This document shows positions 30,564-43,210 of a stretch of 64,000 nt of DNA, one piece after another. Position numbers and translations under genes: made by a program. The DNA comes from Chrysomallon squamiferum (Eukaryota > Animalia > Mollusca), in the NCBI GenBank assembly GCA_012295275.1, contig CM022673.1, positions 10,292,001 to 10,356,000 on the forward strand. Reading direction: 5' to 3'. Every line of letters starts with the position of its first letter. The first letter of the stretch is position 1. Below the pieces are notes generated by a model. The model saw only the letters and a program-made list of their open reading frames with translations. It did not search any database and was not told the DNA's origin.

Positions 30564-31878
30564 TCTGAGTTTTTATTTTCTAAAATGTATTACAGCAAGT
30601 GTTCTCTGGAAACTGGTTTTACGCTAGTTATTTCGAAAACAAGATTGACTAGGTGTGCCGACTGGTTACAATGTTCAATTCTCATACTTCGTCATGCTTG
30701 AGTGAATACTAATTTAATTAGCAAAGCGTTCTCTCGACTTTCAGTTCACACTAGAAGTATAATGTAGAATTAAGATAACCCTGGAATGGGAAAAGCGTGA
30801 TGTATCACGTGACAGGAAATTATCTCATTTCTGGAAGAATTATTATTTTATCGATATAAATATCAAATACATACAGTGACATACAAATACTTATATATAT
30901 ACGTACATACATATGTAAATACATGATATGCAGTCACATACATATATACAAATATACATGCATACATGTATATATACATAGATATACACACACAGGCATA
31001 CAAACATTTATACATACATATATACATACATACCACATATATACATATATATTTAAACATACATAATAGATATATAGATATATGCATACAACCATGCACA
31101 TACAAAATGCAATCAAGCATACATACACAAACACGCACGCACGTACTCATGTTTACATACATTCATACATATATACACATAGGCTTTAAAATAGCAATAT
31201 GTATATAAAACATTAAATAACAAAACAGTGAATTCCACAATTAACATAACTAAACATAAATTACTTATGAACCTGTAAATTACACAGAAACGTGCGTATT
31301 TTCACTGTTCTTCATTTTAATCGACTGAGCGTTAAATTTTGAAGATACTTCTTATATGAGTAATAGTCAGTTTTTAACTGAATGTATTGTTGTTCCGCAC
31401 CGGAAAACTTGGAGATATTCATCACAGTTTGCCAGCCTCGCACCTGTTTTACCACCACAAACTACTGACTGTTACACAAATCACGCGCCAACGAGAACCG
31501 TGGAAAAAGGTGGCGTGTGACGTAATCTGCAGACGCTCGCTATCTGCAGATGGCTTATCGCAGTGTGCTTGTAACGTTCAGTTGTAACGTAAGGATGTGC
31601 AAATAGAATACCTTTAGATTCAAGCCAATAAACGCAGTAAAAAAAAAAAAAAAAAAAATTTGAAGTGGTTAATAGAACTGAATAAAACTGTTGATGTACA
31701 TGTACTGAAAATTAATTCAGTGAATCTATTAATACAGTTGTTACAGAATAATGCAAGAAAAAGTAATAATAAATTATTTATTACAGATTAATATCATGAA
31801 AATGTTAATATATCACACATTAAAACAGCAAAACCTTCAGAGTTATAATTTATAATAGGTTAATATATAGATATTAAT

Positions 31879-31882
<4 letters not shown>

Positions 31883-31961
<79 letters not shown>

Positions 31962-31972
31962 CTCTCTCTCTC
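31883..31972. repeat. (TC)n/(TCTA)n microsatellite
   Basis: Directly visible. Confidence 0.96.
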
Positions 31973-32032
31973 ACTCCCTCTCTCATACTCACATATACGT
32001 ACCTACACATATTCATGTACAAAAGGCTAAGC

Positions 32033-32065
<33 letters not shown>

Positions 32066-33179
32066 TGCACACATACATATACATACACTCACATACACAC
32101 AGAGACATACATATACAATAACACAGATTCTTACAAAGATACACACAAACCACCTACATAAATAAACTCGAACACCTTACGTACACATGCCGCTTATCTG
32201 ATTCAAGAGATGAATCAGAAAAAGAAAAAAAAAAAGAAAATAAAACATCTCCCATCCTCTAAATCTTGCTGCATGCAAGTTTAATTATGAATAAGAAAAA
32301 AATAATCCATGGGGCGCCGTTAAGGGATTGTTGTTGTTGCTGCTACTGTTATTGTTATTGTTGTTGTTGTTGTTGCTGTTGATGTTGCTGTTGCTGTTAC
32401 TGTTTTTTGTTAAGGGATAGATGGTGTTGCTGTTTCTGTTGTTGTTGTTTTTGTTTTCTATTAGCGGACTGTTGTTGTAGTTTTCTGTTAAGGGGGTGTT
32501 GTTGCTGCTGTTGTTGTTGCTGTCTCTGTTTCTAGTGTGTACAGAAATAATAGACTGCTGGCTGGGGGGGGGACGTGCAAATTATTTACGTAATAATACA
32601 AACATGCCAAACGAATTCAGGTCAGAACCTAATTGACAAGCATTTGCAAAACCAATTAACATCATTCATAACAATCAGCTGGAATGTGTTTGGTTTGTGT
32701 GTGGCAAACAAATACTCTGTTAATTGTGCTTGTTAATTCGTTTTGTTGTTTATTAATTATCTTTGTTCAAAGGGTGTACGTGACGTGCATTTTAATTTGA
32801 CTGGTGTGTATCTAAGCACTATTGTTTTGTTCTTTCTTTCTTTCTTTATTTATTTATTTATTTATTATAATTATGTATCAAATCTTTGTTGATAAAGCAT
32901 AAAAAAAATATAATAATAAAAATGTATTATTATTATTTTTTATCATCATCGTCGTCATTATCATTATGTTGCTGTTGTTGTTGTCGTTATTTCTGACTTT
33001 ATAACAAAACCAAGAAATAATGATCATACAAATTATGACAACAGCAGCAACAACAACAACAGTCATTATAATTATAATTATAATAAAAATAACACAACTA
33101 TCTACTATATATATATATATATATAAATCATGTCAAACACATGTTTACTCATCAAGTTAAAAAGTTAATTAATTTATTT

Positions 33180-33535
33180 GTAAAGCACGAGTTACTCACT
33201 CCTGATTTGTGCTGCCTGTGCTAGAATGACGAGTGCAAATTCTCTCAATGACTCAGCGGCTTGGTTTACATTTATGGTATGGCCGTATCAGTAGTCTTGC
33301 CACGCGCTGTGGCTCGGTAGACTAACCCGGCACACCTGCGAATAATCGACTCGTCCGGTGCCTCTGACAGAAACGGAAATATCAGAAAGAACAGGAAAAA
33401 TAACTGGGCAGTTTATAAAAGTTGGGAGTGGGATGGTTTTTCTTTTGGTGTGTTTAAAAAGTGTGGATTATTTCTTTTAAAGAAGAAATAAAAAAAGAAA
33501 AAGAGTTTTTATTTTATTTTATTTAAAATCCCGCT
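33180..33535 (+). promoter_or_regulatory. Probable proximal promoter/5' UTR of the integrin alpha gene
   Basis: CpG-rich patch directly upstream of the ATG, containing AP-1 TGACTCA (33249-33255), Inr-like TCAGT (33288), E-box CACCTG (33333), ETS-like CGGAAAT/CAGGAAA (33374, 33392) and TATAAAA (33414-33420). The TSS cannot be determined from sequence. Confidence 0.55.
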
Positions 33536-33750
33536 ATGAAGGAGTTTAAAAAGAAACTTGGATTTAGCAGTTGTGTTTCGTGTGGTATGGAAACTTTCGT
33601 TACTCTCTTTTCTGTGATATTCTTTGGAAGTTTACTGCCAAAAAGTTCGGCTTATAATGTGGATACCGAAGGAGCGATGGTCCATTCGAGTGAAATTGGC
33701 AGTATGTTTGGGTTTGCCGTAGCGCAACATATAGACCAGTCGACTAGTTG
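33536..33750 (+). CDS. Integrin alpha subunit (PS2/alpha5/alpha8/alphaV-like), coding exon 1: signal peptide and start of propeller blade 1
   Basis: Translates MKEFKKKLGFSSCVSCGMETFVTLFSVIFFGSLLPKSSA-YNVDTEGAMVHSSEIGSMFGFAVAQHIDQSTS(W). Hydrophobic signal ends in SSA, followed by the integrin-alpha mature start YNVD (codon at 33653) and FG-GAP 'SMFGFAVA'. Donor TG|gtacgt at 33751, phase 2. Confidence 0.95.
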
Positions 33751-33891
33751 GTACGTACCATTCCTAAGCTGTATGGCTGATTTTAATATGTGCGTGTGTG
33801 CGTGCACGCGCACTTGCATAATTAAAAAAAAATGAAATATAAATAAAAAAAAATAAAAATCTCATTCTGGTTACCTGTAGGATAAACATAA

Positions 33892-34000
<109 letters not shown>

Positions 34001-34283
34001 CCTGAATTTAATTTATTTTATTTTTAGAATCTGCTCATATTTACGTAAGGAAACAACAATCTAAAACAGATATTTGAAATTAATTATATTTGTACATCAG
34101 TAACTGAACAAGATTTTTCAGCTAAGTAACACATCGTGTAACAATTTGGGATATTTGGCAGGAAGTTAAACTAAAACATTGTTTCCTTATTATTAGTAAC
34201 AAATTAAGTTTAGTTAAGTAGTAGCTGGTAGCTTGCAGTGTGATTTCATTAAGCATAACAGGTCCGTGTTATGTCTATTATGT

Positions 34284-34495
34284 AATTTCTCGTTCCAACC
34301 ATTGCTGTGCGTCTCGTTAATCTAACGCTTTATATTAGTTCGTACTTGTGAAGGAGACTGTATATAAATTTCTTCTTTGGTAGAACAGATATATATATAT
34401 ATAGTGTAAGCTTTGAGTTTTAATAATTATTAAATGGTTTAGCCAAGGTATGTGTTTTCCGGTGTATGGGAATGGTGCGTATAAAAGATTCCTTA
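34284..34495 (+). mobile_element. Decayed, interrupted copy of a dispersed SINE-like repeat
   Basis: ATTTCTCGTTCCAACCA followed by GGTATGTG...ATGGGAATGGTGCGTATAAAAGATTCCTT. Related blocks recur at ~50544, ~57420 and ~63712. Resembles a gastropod tRNA-derived SINE from recall, not searched. Confidence 0.55.
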
Positions 34496-34545
34496 CAGTT
34501 AACACGTATATGTCAAGACTTCAGAGAAACAGCAATTTAGTGTCA

Positions 34546-34565
34546 AATAATAATAATAATAATAA

Positions 34566-34648
<83 letters not shown>

Positions 34649-34660
34649 ATAATAATAATA
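34546..34660. repeat. (AAT)n(AGT)n microsatellite
   Basis: Directly visible. Confidence 0.96.
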
Positions 34661-35047
34661 TATTAAGTTAATAGCGACATTTATCGATAAGCCGTTAATT
34701 CGTGAATCTGTGTTCCACTATTTTAGGTTAATTTCCCCCAAAACTCCTTCGCCCTACTGCTCCTAGAAACACATGTACCCATCCACCTTCGACTAATTAT
34801 TGGACATCGCCAGCTGAAACGGCTGCAGCACGTTACAGACAGGGACCCCGTGGTCATCACGTGGCGTCCAGACCATCTACAAAGAGACCTCCCTTCAGCC
34901 ACCCTCCATGATGCTACCGCCCATTATTTCCACCCAAACGCATCTCCTCTTTTTCCTAGTAATTTTTTTTGTTTCCACCACCGTACGTAAGCCATAATAC
35001 CATATCGTTTGGTTTATGGGCTTTTTATGCACTGGGGTAATTTAAAC

Positions 35048-35379
35048 CAGGGGTTTTCAAACTGTGGTCCGCGGACCACAGGGGGTCCGCAAGTACAAGT
35101 CCGTGGACAGCGAATACTTTTTATGGGCAGTTTGATTTTATATATGTTTTTTAATCGAAATCTTTTTTCTTATATTTGTAAATGTGAGCGCATGAAATAA
35201 CAGGTAAATAATTTTGTAATATATCCTAAAAGTACCATCGATTAAAACATTAAATGTAAAAATATATGTTATTTTAAGCAAATATTTATTATAAATTTCA
35301 TAAGCGTTTATAAGGGGGTCCCTAAGGTAAAGCCTGAAATATAAAGGGGTCCGCAAGTCAAAAAGTTTGAAAACCCCTG
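35048..35379. mobile_element. Non-autonomous hAT-type (Charlie-like) MITE, 332 bp, in intron 1
   Basis: Perfect 16-bp TIRs CAGGGGTTTTCAAACT (35048-35063) / AGTTTGAAAACCCCTG (35364-35379) and a perfect 8-bp TSD ATTTAAAC (35040-35047, 35380-35387). Subterminal GGGGTCC motifs at both ends. No ORF of substance. Confidence 0.92.
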
Positions 35380-36106
35380 ATTTAAACGATTCATAAATCC
35401 TTTTGAACTAAGCTCGTTAGTTACAGATATTCCTGTCTTGGACACACGCTCTTGGATGCGCGGGATTTCAACCCATGCCAGTCGTACATGAACATTCAGC
35501 CGCTGAATGTACGTGTTAAATAACTGATGAGTATATCTTAGTTTGTCCGACATTATAAACAGAGAGCGATTCACGATTTTCTAAGATGGGTGACGAAGAA
35601 CGAGATTAATAACCGGTTTCCGTACAAACAGCCAACGCTATGTAAACAGACAGCACAGCATATGTAGGAATATGAGACATGTCTAATTAACACGCGCACA
35701 CACTAATTATTTGTTTTCAGTGAAGAGTACAATTTCGAAATTCTCAGTTTGCAAAATATTAATTGTTAAAACAGGAAATTAAATGGAAAAATACATGAAG
35801 ATAGCAAGAACGAGTACACAAATTGTATATTTGTCAGTATAAATTATTAAAATAAAAGTTTAAACAGAAAAAGTGAAGAAATGAAAACTGAACGAAAACA
35901 GAGCCGTATTAACAATTATTATTATTAGTATTATTATTAACGATAATAATAAATAACATCTTAATAAGTCATACATTCAAAATACAGTTTATACAGACTG
36001 TTAAAACAGACGTTTACCTGTTAACGTGCGTAATCACGAAATTTGAATTTGTAAAATTTATATACAATAACCAAACTACACGTTTAGTTCGCCTGATTTA
36101 AAAAAT

Positions 36107-36109
<3 letters not shown>

Positions 36110-36188
<79 letters not shown>
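36110..36188. repeat. (AG)n microsatellite
   Basis: Directly visible. Confidence 0.97.
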
Positions 36189-36190
<2 letters not shown>

Positions 36191-36607
36191 AAGGTACACA
36201 GATTTGGATATATAAATAATTGAATCTGAGCTGAAAAGCAGGAAGTCGGTGTAAGAGAGGAATTTGAGAGTTCGCCAGTTTTTAACTTCGCCATTTTATC
36301 TTTATTTATTTCTCAAAACTTCTCTACACCTGTCATTGCTCTTTGCGAGGCACAGATAACATTTCCATCAGTCAACCACCGCAACCACCACGTACACTAC
36401 AACATCGGCGAAGCTAATATTTAACTGGTTGTAAATTAACAACAACACTACATGTATTAGTTATAATTAAAATAATTCTGATAATAATACTAACAATAAT
36501 AATTGTAGTAGTAGTAGTAGTAGTAGTAGTTATAGTAGTAGTTCCAATAATGAAAGCATAACATTAAATATAATTACGATATTTATGATGATAACACTAA
36601 CAAGGAC

Positions 36608-36641
<34 letters not shown>

Positions 36642-37823
36642 GCTTTTATTCATAATATGGTTATACACATAACTGTATAGCATTCGTTAAAGTTATGAAT
36701 GGAATTTAACATAAATATTAAATATAAAAAATGCATTTAAAATACGAAGGTCATGGCGACATACCAAACTTTCATTAGAAAGGTTAATGTCCTCTGGTAT
36801 ACGAATGAAATAAAAGCGCAATGTTATAACGCAGGATATCAGTATTAAACGAACTAGCGTGAAATGAACGTGCATTACAATCATCAAACCAGTTATAGTA
36901 ACCGAAAATGTTAATTTTAAAAAAAGAAGAAGAAGAAAATAAAATGGTGCATTATATTTAATAATTAATTACATAACATTTATTATCTATGAAATAATAT
37001 GCACAAATACATCAAATGTCAAAATATTATTATTATTTTAATTTTAATTATTATCTTAAATAAAATGTCATCCGGTTTAAATGTATTAGGTATAAACGAA
37101 GATCTAACTATATGATTGTCGGCAGTTAACGCCGATTAAAATTAAAAACTAGACTGAGTATAGGGGTTTACTGTAGAATCGCAGACAGATGCCATATCTG
37201 GTTTGGGGGAGAAAAAAAAAAAAAAAAAAAAAAAAAAATGGTGAATCCGATAAAGTTTTAAATTTATCGCCGAAGAACTCCTAAACGACTGGCCACTCGT
37301 TCAACATGCCAAAGATACGTACTCTATTTCACAAGGTAATCGCGTAACATGATTTACGCGTGCAGTGCATGTAATCTGGGTCACACAAAATCACGTATTT
37401 AGGTGAGGTTGTACCGATGGTTGAACATGTGCCTGGTGAGGCTCGTGATTTAGAAAGAAAACCTACACCAATTTCTATAGTTTTCTCTCTCGCTCTACTT
37501 TTTTTTTTTTTTTTTTTTTTTTGTTAGCGGTAATTGGTTAAAAGTGAAGGTAAAACTTGAGATAACTGTTCACTTTGTGTGGTGGTTACTCGTCTATGGG
37601 AGGGAGACTGACCTACTGAAACATTTAAAATATGGACACGATAAATTTCGTTTGTTTTTTGTTTGAATTTAATTTTGAATTGTGTATTTATATGAGTAAT
37701 ATAGTTTAAAAAAAAAAAAATGTTTTTTTTTTTTCATTTTATTTATATATTTAATTATTTTATTTATTAACAATTTATTATTTGTTGAATATAATTAGTG
37801 CTCTTCTTCTTCTTCTTTTTATT

Positions 37824-37854
<31 letters not shown>

Positions 37855-39806
37855 TTATTAACTAAATGACTAGATAACAAAGAAAGAAAAATTAAAACAA
37901 AACGTTTTTTTGTGCACAGAGGCTTTTTGTGTCATACTGGCATGTCCCAGTAACTACATTAATTTGTCATGTTAAAATATACATAAATTATCAGTGCAAG
38001 TAAAATTTACTGTGGTGCAAAGCACACTGGGATAGCTCATACAAATTTATTAGCCAGTGAAAACAATCAATTTGTTCAACACTGAACAGAAAGCAGGAAA
38101 ACTGAAAATCACAAATGTAATCCAATCTTCACAACATCATTAATAACTTCCCATACTTACTTGTTATCAAAGTACTTCCATTTTTTTTTTTTTTTTTTTT
38201 TCTGCTGAAACAGGTTTGAGAAATTTACTGGGTCAGTAGGCTGGGGAAAGAAAAGTTTTGTATTTTCATCATACACTTTGCCATTTACACACAAACCTTT
38301 GTGCAGAAGTGTTTAGAAGTCCGTCCATTTTTGCAGATGTGGGTTTCAGATTGAGAATGGATTTTGAAGCCAGATTTGTTAAATATTAGCATGATGTAAC
38401 TACTATATTGGATGGTTCTAAAATTAGGAGGTGTTATTTTGTAGTGGATTTGTAGAGAGGGAAATAAGAAGTGTTCTATTTACATATGTTAGGTGTGATT
38501 TTACAGAATATAATTTATTTTTTCACAGAATATAATTTATTGAGTAATTGTGTGTTTATGTTGTGTTGGTATGTGTGTATAAAAAATTATTATTATTATA
38601 TTAAAAAATAACCTATTTAGTGTTTAATAATCACATATTTCTGAGATGTAAACATTTCCCCTTATGCAGCAAAACATTTTTCTTCTTCTCTGGTGTCATT
38701 GTCAGTATCTATGTACTTCAAAGTGTCCTTTGATTAGTAGTACCATCACTAATACCATTTCCCACATCACCACTAAATAAACATCATCCCTGGCCTTGTG
38801 CAAGTAATTCCACACTTTCCTAATTTAAATTCCACACAAAAATGTGGAGCACCTGTCAATTCATTCTCTTCTCCTTTTTTTTTTTTTTTCTTTTTTCATT
38901 TACTTAAACTCTGATGATGACGTTGCAAGGATGTTGATGCTGTGACCCTGAACAAATGTCACAGTAGTCTGTTTGGTGTACATCTCACAGAGTTATTCAT
39001 TAGTGAACTGACATGACATAGTCAAACCTTCCGTGTAAATATATGCACACAGCTTGTGTGATACTTGTAGTATCTCGCAGGTCAGAGATATTTAACACTG
39101 TGTAATACTCTTGTTATGTGATCATGCAGAGTTTTTTAACATATTATTTTCCTTTTAAAGCATATAAATGTGTATATAATGTGTGCATATGTATATAGGT
39201 ACAAAGTGTCTATTTGTGTGTATGTTTATGAATATCAATCTTTCTCTCTCTCTCTCTATAAATATATATACATATGCACACATATATACATACATACACA
39301 TGTATGTATGTGTGTTTGTTTTTTCTTTTTTTATTCAGTCACATAGCTACATACTCACAAAGATATATACACACAGAAAGACAGATATATAAAAAAGGAG
39401 ACAAAATATACAGATACATAAAACTAACACATACTCCAAATAAAATAATCCCCCAAAAATGTATGTCTACATCTACAGGAGGCTCATCATCCATGACAAA
39501 TGTATTAAATTCTTATTTGTACAGGAAGACTTTCTGAAAGAAACTGAAACTTTACTAGGTCACTGTGATAAAGGATAATTCAGATCTCTTGGCTTGATTT
39601 GCTATTGTTACATAACTAATAGCAAATCTATGTATGTTTTAATACAGTGTGAACTGAAAAGGATATAGAGGCTATACCAACAAACCACTTGAAAGTTCTG
39701 TTTCAGATTACAAAGAACTACTTTTTTTTTTCTTAAGTAGTTAATTAATGAGACAAAGATTTGAAACACTATGTGTCGATTGCATCATATGTGTGGGTGT
39801 TTTAGA

Positions 39807-39840
<34 letters not shown>

Positions 39841-41040
39841 ACATATATTTGTTTTATGTATAATCATTTATATGCATATGTATACATATGTTTGTATACA
39901 TGTGTGTATGTGTATATGGCCGTGTATTGTGTATTTAATTTGTGTTTATATGTACATATGTGTGTGTGTATATGTGGCATGTATGTATGTGTATGCATGC
40001 ATGTATGTGTGTATGAATATGTATATATATATATGTATGTATGTATGTATGTAGTGTGTATATATGTTGCCTGTATGTATATAAGTACATATGTTCTGTG
40101 TGTTTGTGTATGTATGCATGTACAAAATATTTAATTATAATGTATTTATATACATATATATGTATGTATATGTGACTGTGTGTGTGTGTGTCTGTGTGTA
40201 TGGTTATATGTATGTATGTATTTAATTTATGAAAATACAACTATAAACATGCATGAATATCAACATCTTTGTTTTGGTAAATGTCTCATCTCATGCTTTT
40301 GTGTTTGTTTCATGTGTATATGTAATGTATAAAATATGTGACCTATTTGTGTGTGATATATGTATGTATATTACACTGCAGACTAAGAACTTCCTGATAG
40401 GAAGCTATCTAAAGACCCTGTTCCTGTCCTGTTTGAATGAGCTGAATTAAACAGAAGTGATATGTAAACACTAATAAAAAAAGAAATAATGTCCTTTAGA
40501 TTTTACATGCTACTTTATTAATACAGAAGAATATATAAGATGTGTGTGTGAGTGTGTGTGTGTGTGTATATGCATGTATATACCTATGAATGTATGTATC
40601 TAAGAATGTATGCATATATGGATGTATGCATCACTGTATTTATGTATGTGTGGAAATGAAAGAAGGATAAAATGTGTGAGAGAGAAAGAGAGTGGGGAGA
40701 GAGGGAGATTGAGTGAAAGAGAAAGGGAAGAAAGAGAGAGAGAGCAAGAATAAGAGGGGAGATAGATGATGGGGAAGAAGGGAAAAACACAGGCACAAAA
40801 TAAATAACATTAGTTTTACTTGTATGTAGCAGTTATTATCTTTAATATCAGATGACAACAGTATTATTATTGCTAACTTAAAGTACCTCTTTTTATCTAC
40901 ATTAATTATTTTTTAAAAACATTATTATAATTATACTGATAAAATATGACTTAGTAATGTTAAATGTGCATTTGACTACAGAAATGTCAAATGACAATAC
41001 ACAGTATTAAATTAAAATATACTGTCATCTAATGGCTTGT

Positions 41041-41146
41041 GACATTGTCTACCAGATAGTTAGGATACTCCTATTTGACATTGTCTGCCAGATAGTTAGA
41101 ATATTCCTATTTGACATTGTCTGCCAGATAGTTAGAATATTCCTAT
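41041..41146. repeat. 36-bp tandem repeat x3
   Basis: GACATTGTCTGCCAGATAGTTAGAATATTCCTATTT units at 41041, 41077 and 41113. Confidence 0.92.
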
Positions 41147-41424
41147 TACCATTTATAATTAGAAAAGAGATAGTGAAATAAATTGTTACATTACCTAAAC
41201 ATATTATTCCAGATTGTATAATGATGAATAAGACCAGTTAAATATCTATCGTTAATATTTTCTGGTTAGAATAAAACTAGACAAAATAGTGCCTCCTACA
41301 TTTATGATTATTTTAGATTATAACAATTATAATAATGCTAATTAAAATAATACCTGTATTTATGATAATTTTTACATTATAAAAATTATAATAATAATTA
41401 AAATGTTACCCATGTATTTTTCAG

Positions 41425-41546
41425 GTTGTTGATTGGAGCGCCACAAGCTCAGACCTCCCAGCCAGGTGTTAAAAAGGGTGGAGCAGTTTACAGGTGTAGA
41501 ATAGATAAAAAAAATTATTGTCAAGAAATACCTTTTGATCAAACAG
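41425..41546 (+). CDS. Integrin alpha coding exon 2 (122 nt)
   Basis: Acceptor ttttttcag-like (tatttttcag|G) completes the TGG codon. Reads (W)LLIGAPQAQTSQPGVKKGGAVYRCRIDKKNYCQEIPFDQT(G), with the LLIGAP and GGAVYRC integrin motifs. Donor CAG|gtaaga, phase 1. Confidence 0.96.
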
Positions 41547-41739
41547 GTAAGAAAATTTAATGCTCGTTATCATTTATAAAATTGAATAACTTTAAATTAT
41601 CATTATTGTTTTGTTATTTTCTTACCTAATTTTATCATTGATATGAATATGAATAAAATGAATATTAAACAGCAGCCCTGAAAATAAAGTATTGTGTGTT
41701 AAATGATGGAACATATGTTTTAATTACATGGTACTCTGG

Positions 41740-42520
41740 GGTGTAATAATTCTACAGTAGATATAAATAATTTATTTCTGTTAATGCATCATTATAACTG
41801 TGCAATATAAATGTGTTTTTATTAAAATAATTCTGCAATGGATATAAATAATATGTGTTTATATTAACACATTATTTTAAGAATTATACAGTGAATATAA
41901 ATAATGTGTTTCTTTTAGCATATCGTTATAATTACACAATATAAATGTGTTTTTATTATCATAATAATTGTACAGTTGATACAAATATGTTATATATAGC
42001 ACTTTGAATTACAATAGTTATACAATGGTTGTAAATAATATCTCGTGATGACATTATACTTGTCAGTGGTACAACATACAAATAATATGTGTATAAGATG
42101 TTAGGATAATAATTTTAGAATGGATAAAAATAACGTGTTATATTAACAATAGATATAAATAATATATGTGCACATTACAATAACTGTAAATAATATCTAT
42201 TATATTGACATTATACTTGTTATATTTATATGATATTTCCATTACAATAATTGTCCAATAGATAATACATAAATGTGTATTTCTATAAAAAAATTATTAT
42301 AATAACTGTACAATGGATATAAAGTAATGTAATGTTTTCTGTGTTCTAGGCAACAGTATTCAGTAAATATAAAATAATGTATATTACTCTGATAATGATG
42401 TTTTCTGTGTTCTAGGTAAATATACTGTGGATACAGAATATTTCATATTTCCATTACAATAAGGAATATAAAATAATGCATGTGACTGTGATAATGATGT
42501 TGTCTGTGCTGTTCCAGGTA
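41740..42520. repeat. Degenerate AT-rich tandem repeat filling most of intron 2
   Basis: Recurrent ATATAAATAAT..TGT / TACAATAA.TGT motifs. The last units carry copies of the exon 3 acceptor. Confidence 0.6.
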
Positions 42521-42630
42521 ACAATATAATATGGAAGCCTGAAACACAGCGTCACACAGACACTGAAGATAAATCAGGACAATGGCTTGGTGCCACTGTG
42601 AAGAGCTCTGGAGAAAATGGAGTCATTCTG
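42518..42630 (+). CDS. Integrin alpha coding exon 3 (113 nt)
   Basis: Acceptor gttccag|GT. Reads (G)NNIIWKPETQRHTDTEDKSGQWLGATVKSSGENGVIL, with the conserved K-S-x-Q-W-L-G-A-T-V of blade 2. Donor CTG|gttagt, phase 0. Confidence 0.95.
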
Positions 42631-42857
42631 GTTAGTAAGCTGTTATCATGTGTTAGAGAGTTAGTTTGTTAGAGATTATCAGTGTTAGTATGTCAGTGAC
42701 CTTGAGTATTACAGTTGTCAGTCAACTTTCAGAGTTATTTTAACATATTATATTTAGTTTTAGTTGGAATGTTAGTGTGTTAAAAACTGAGCTATCTGCT
42801 TTTTTCATAATATTTAGTGTTAATGTCTTAGAGAGTTAGAAAGTGTATTAGTTAAAA

Positions 42858-43210
42858 AATATAGCCCAATGGGTAGCACTAATATTTGATCCTTCAAACT
42901 ATCATACCTCATGACTAGTAATAATAACTATATTTTTAAATAGTAGCTAAACGGAGGTTTGATTCAATGCAGTAGTGTGCCTTATGATCTGTAAATAACA
43001 TTATAAAAAGTAGAAATAAAAGTAATAATATAAGGAATGTGCTCAGGTTTGATCCTATGAACCATCATGCATCATGACCACTGAATGGTATAGAAAAAGG
43101 AAAAATAAAAAATAAAAATAAAAAGTTAGAATCCCATAGGGATTAGTTGAGATTTGATCCTACAAGCCTGAGGCTAACACAGACCTCAAACCACAGCCCA
43201 CACACTGAAC
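42858..43210 (-). mobile_element. Three decayed tRNA-like SINE head fragments
   Basis: TTTGATCCT recurs at ~42885, ~43048 and ~43154. It is the reverse complement of the GGATCAA B-box-like block of the + strand copies. Two are followed by ..ATCAT..CTCATGAC/CATCATGAC. Confidence 0.35.

Noticed and set aside
33751-33835. Tail of the 99-aa ORF 33536..33835
   Set aside because: It is read-through into intron 1 past the donor at 33751. The integrin sequence resumes at 41425.
34730-34960. GC-rich stretch as a possible exon or retroelement fragment
   Set aside because: I found no recognisable protein motif in the frames read and no convincing splice pair.
38907-39015. Possible intronic C/D snoRNA (ATGATGA at 38914, CTGA at 38948 and 39008)
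   Set aside because: There is no terminal stem flanking the boxes and no recognisable rRNA guide, and such short boxes are common by chance.
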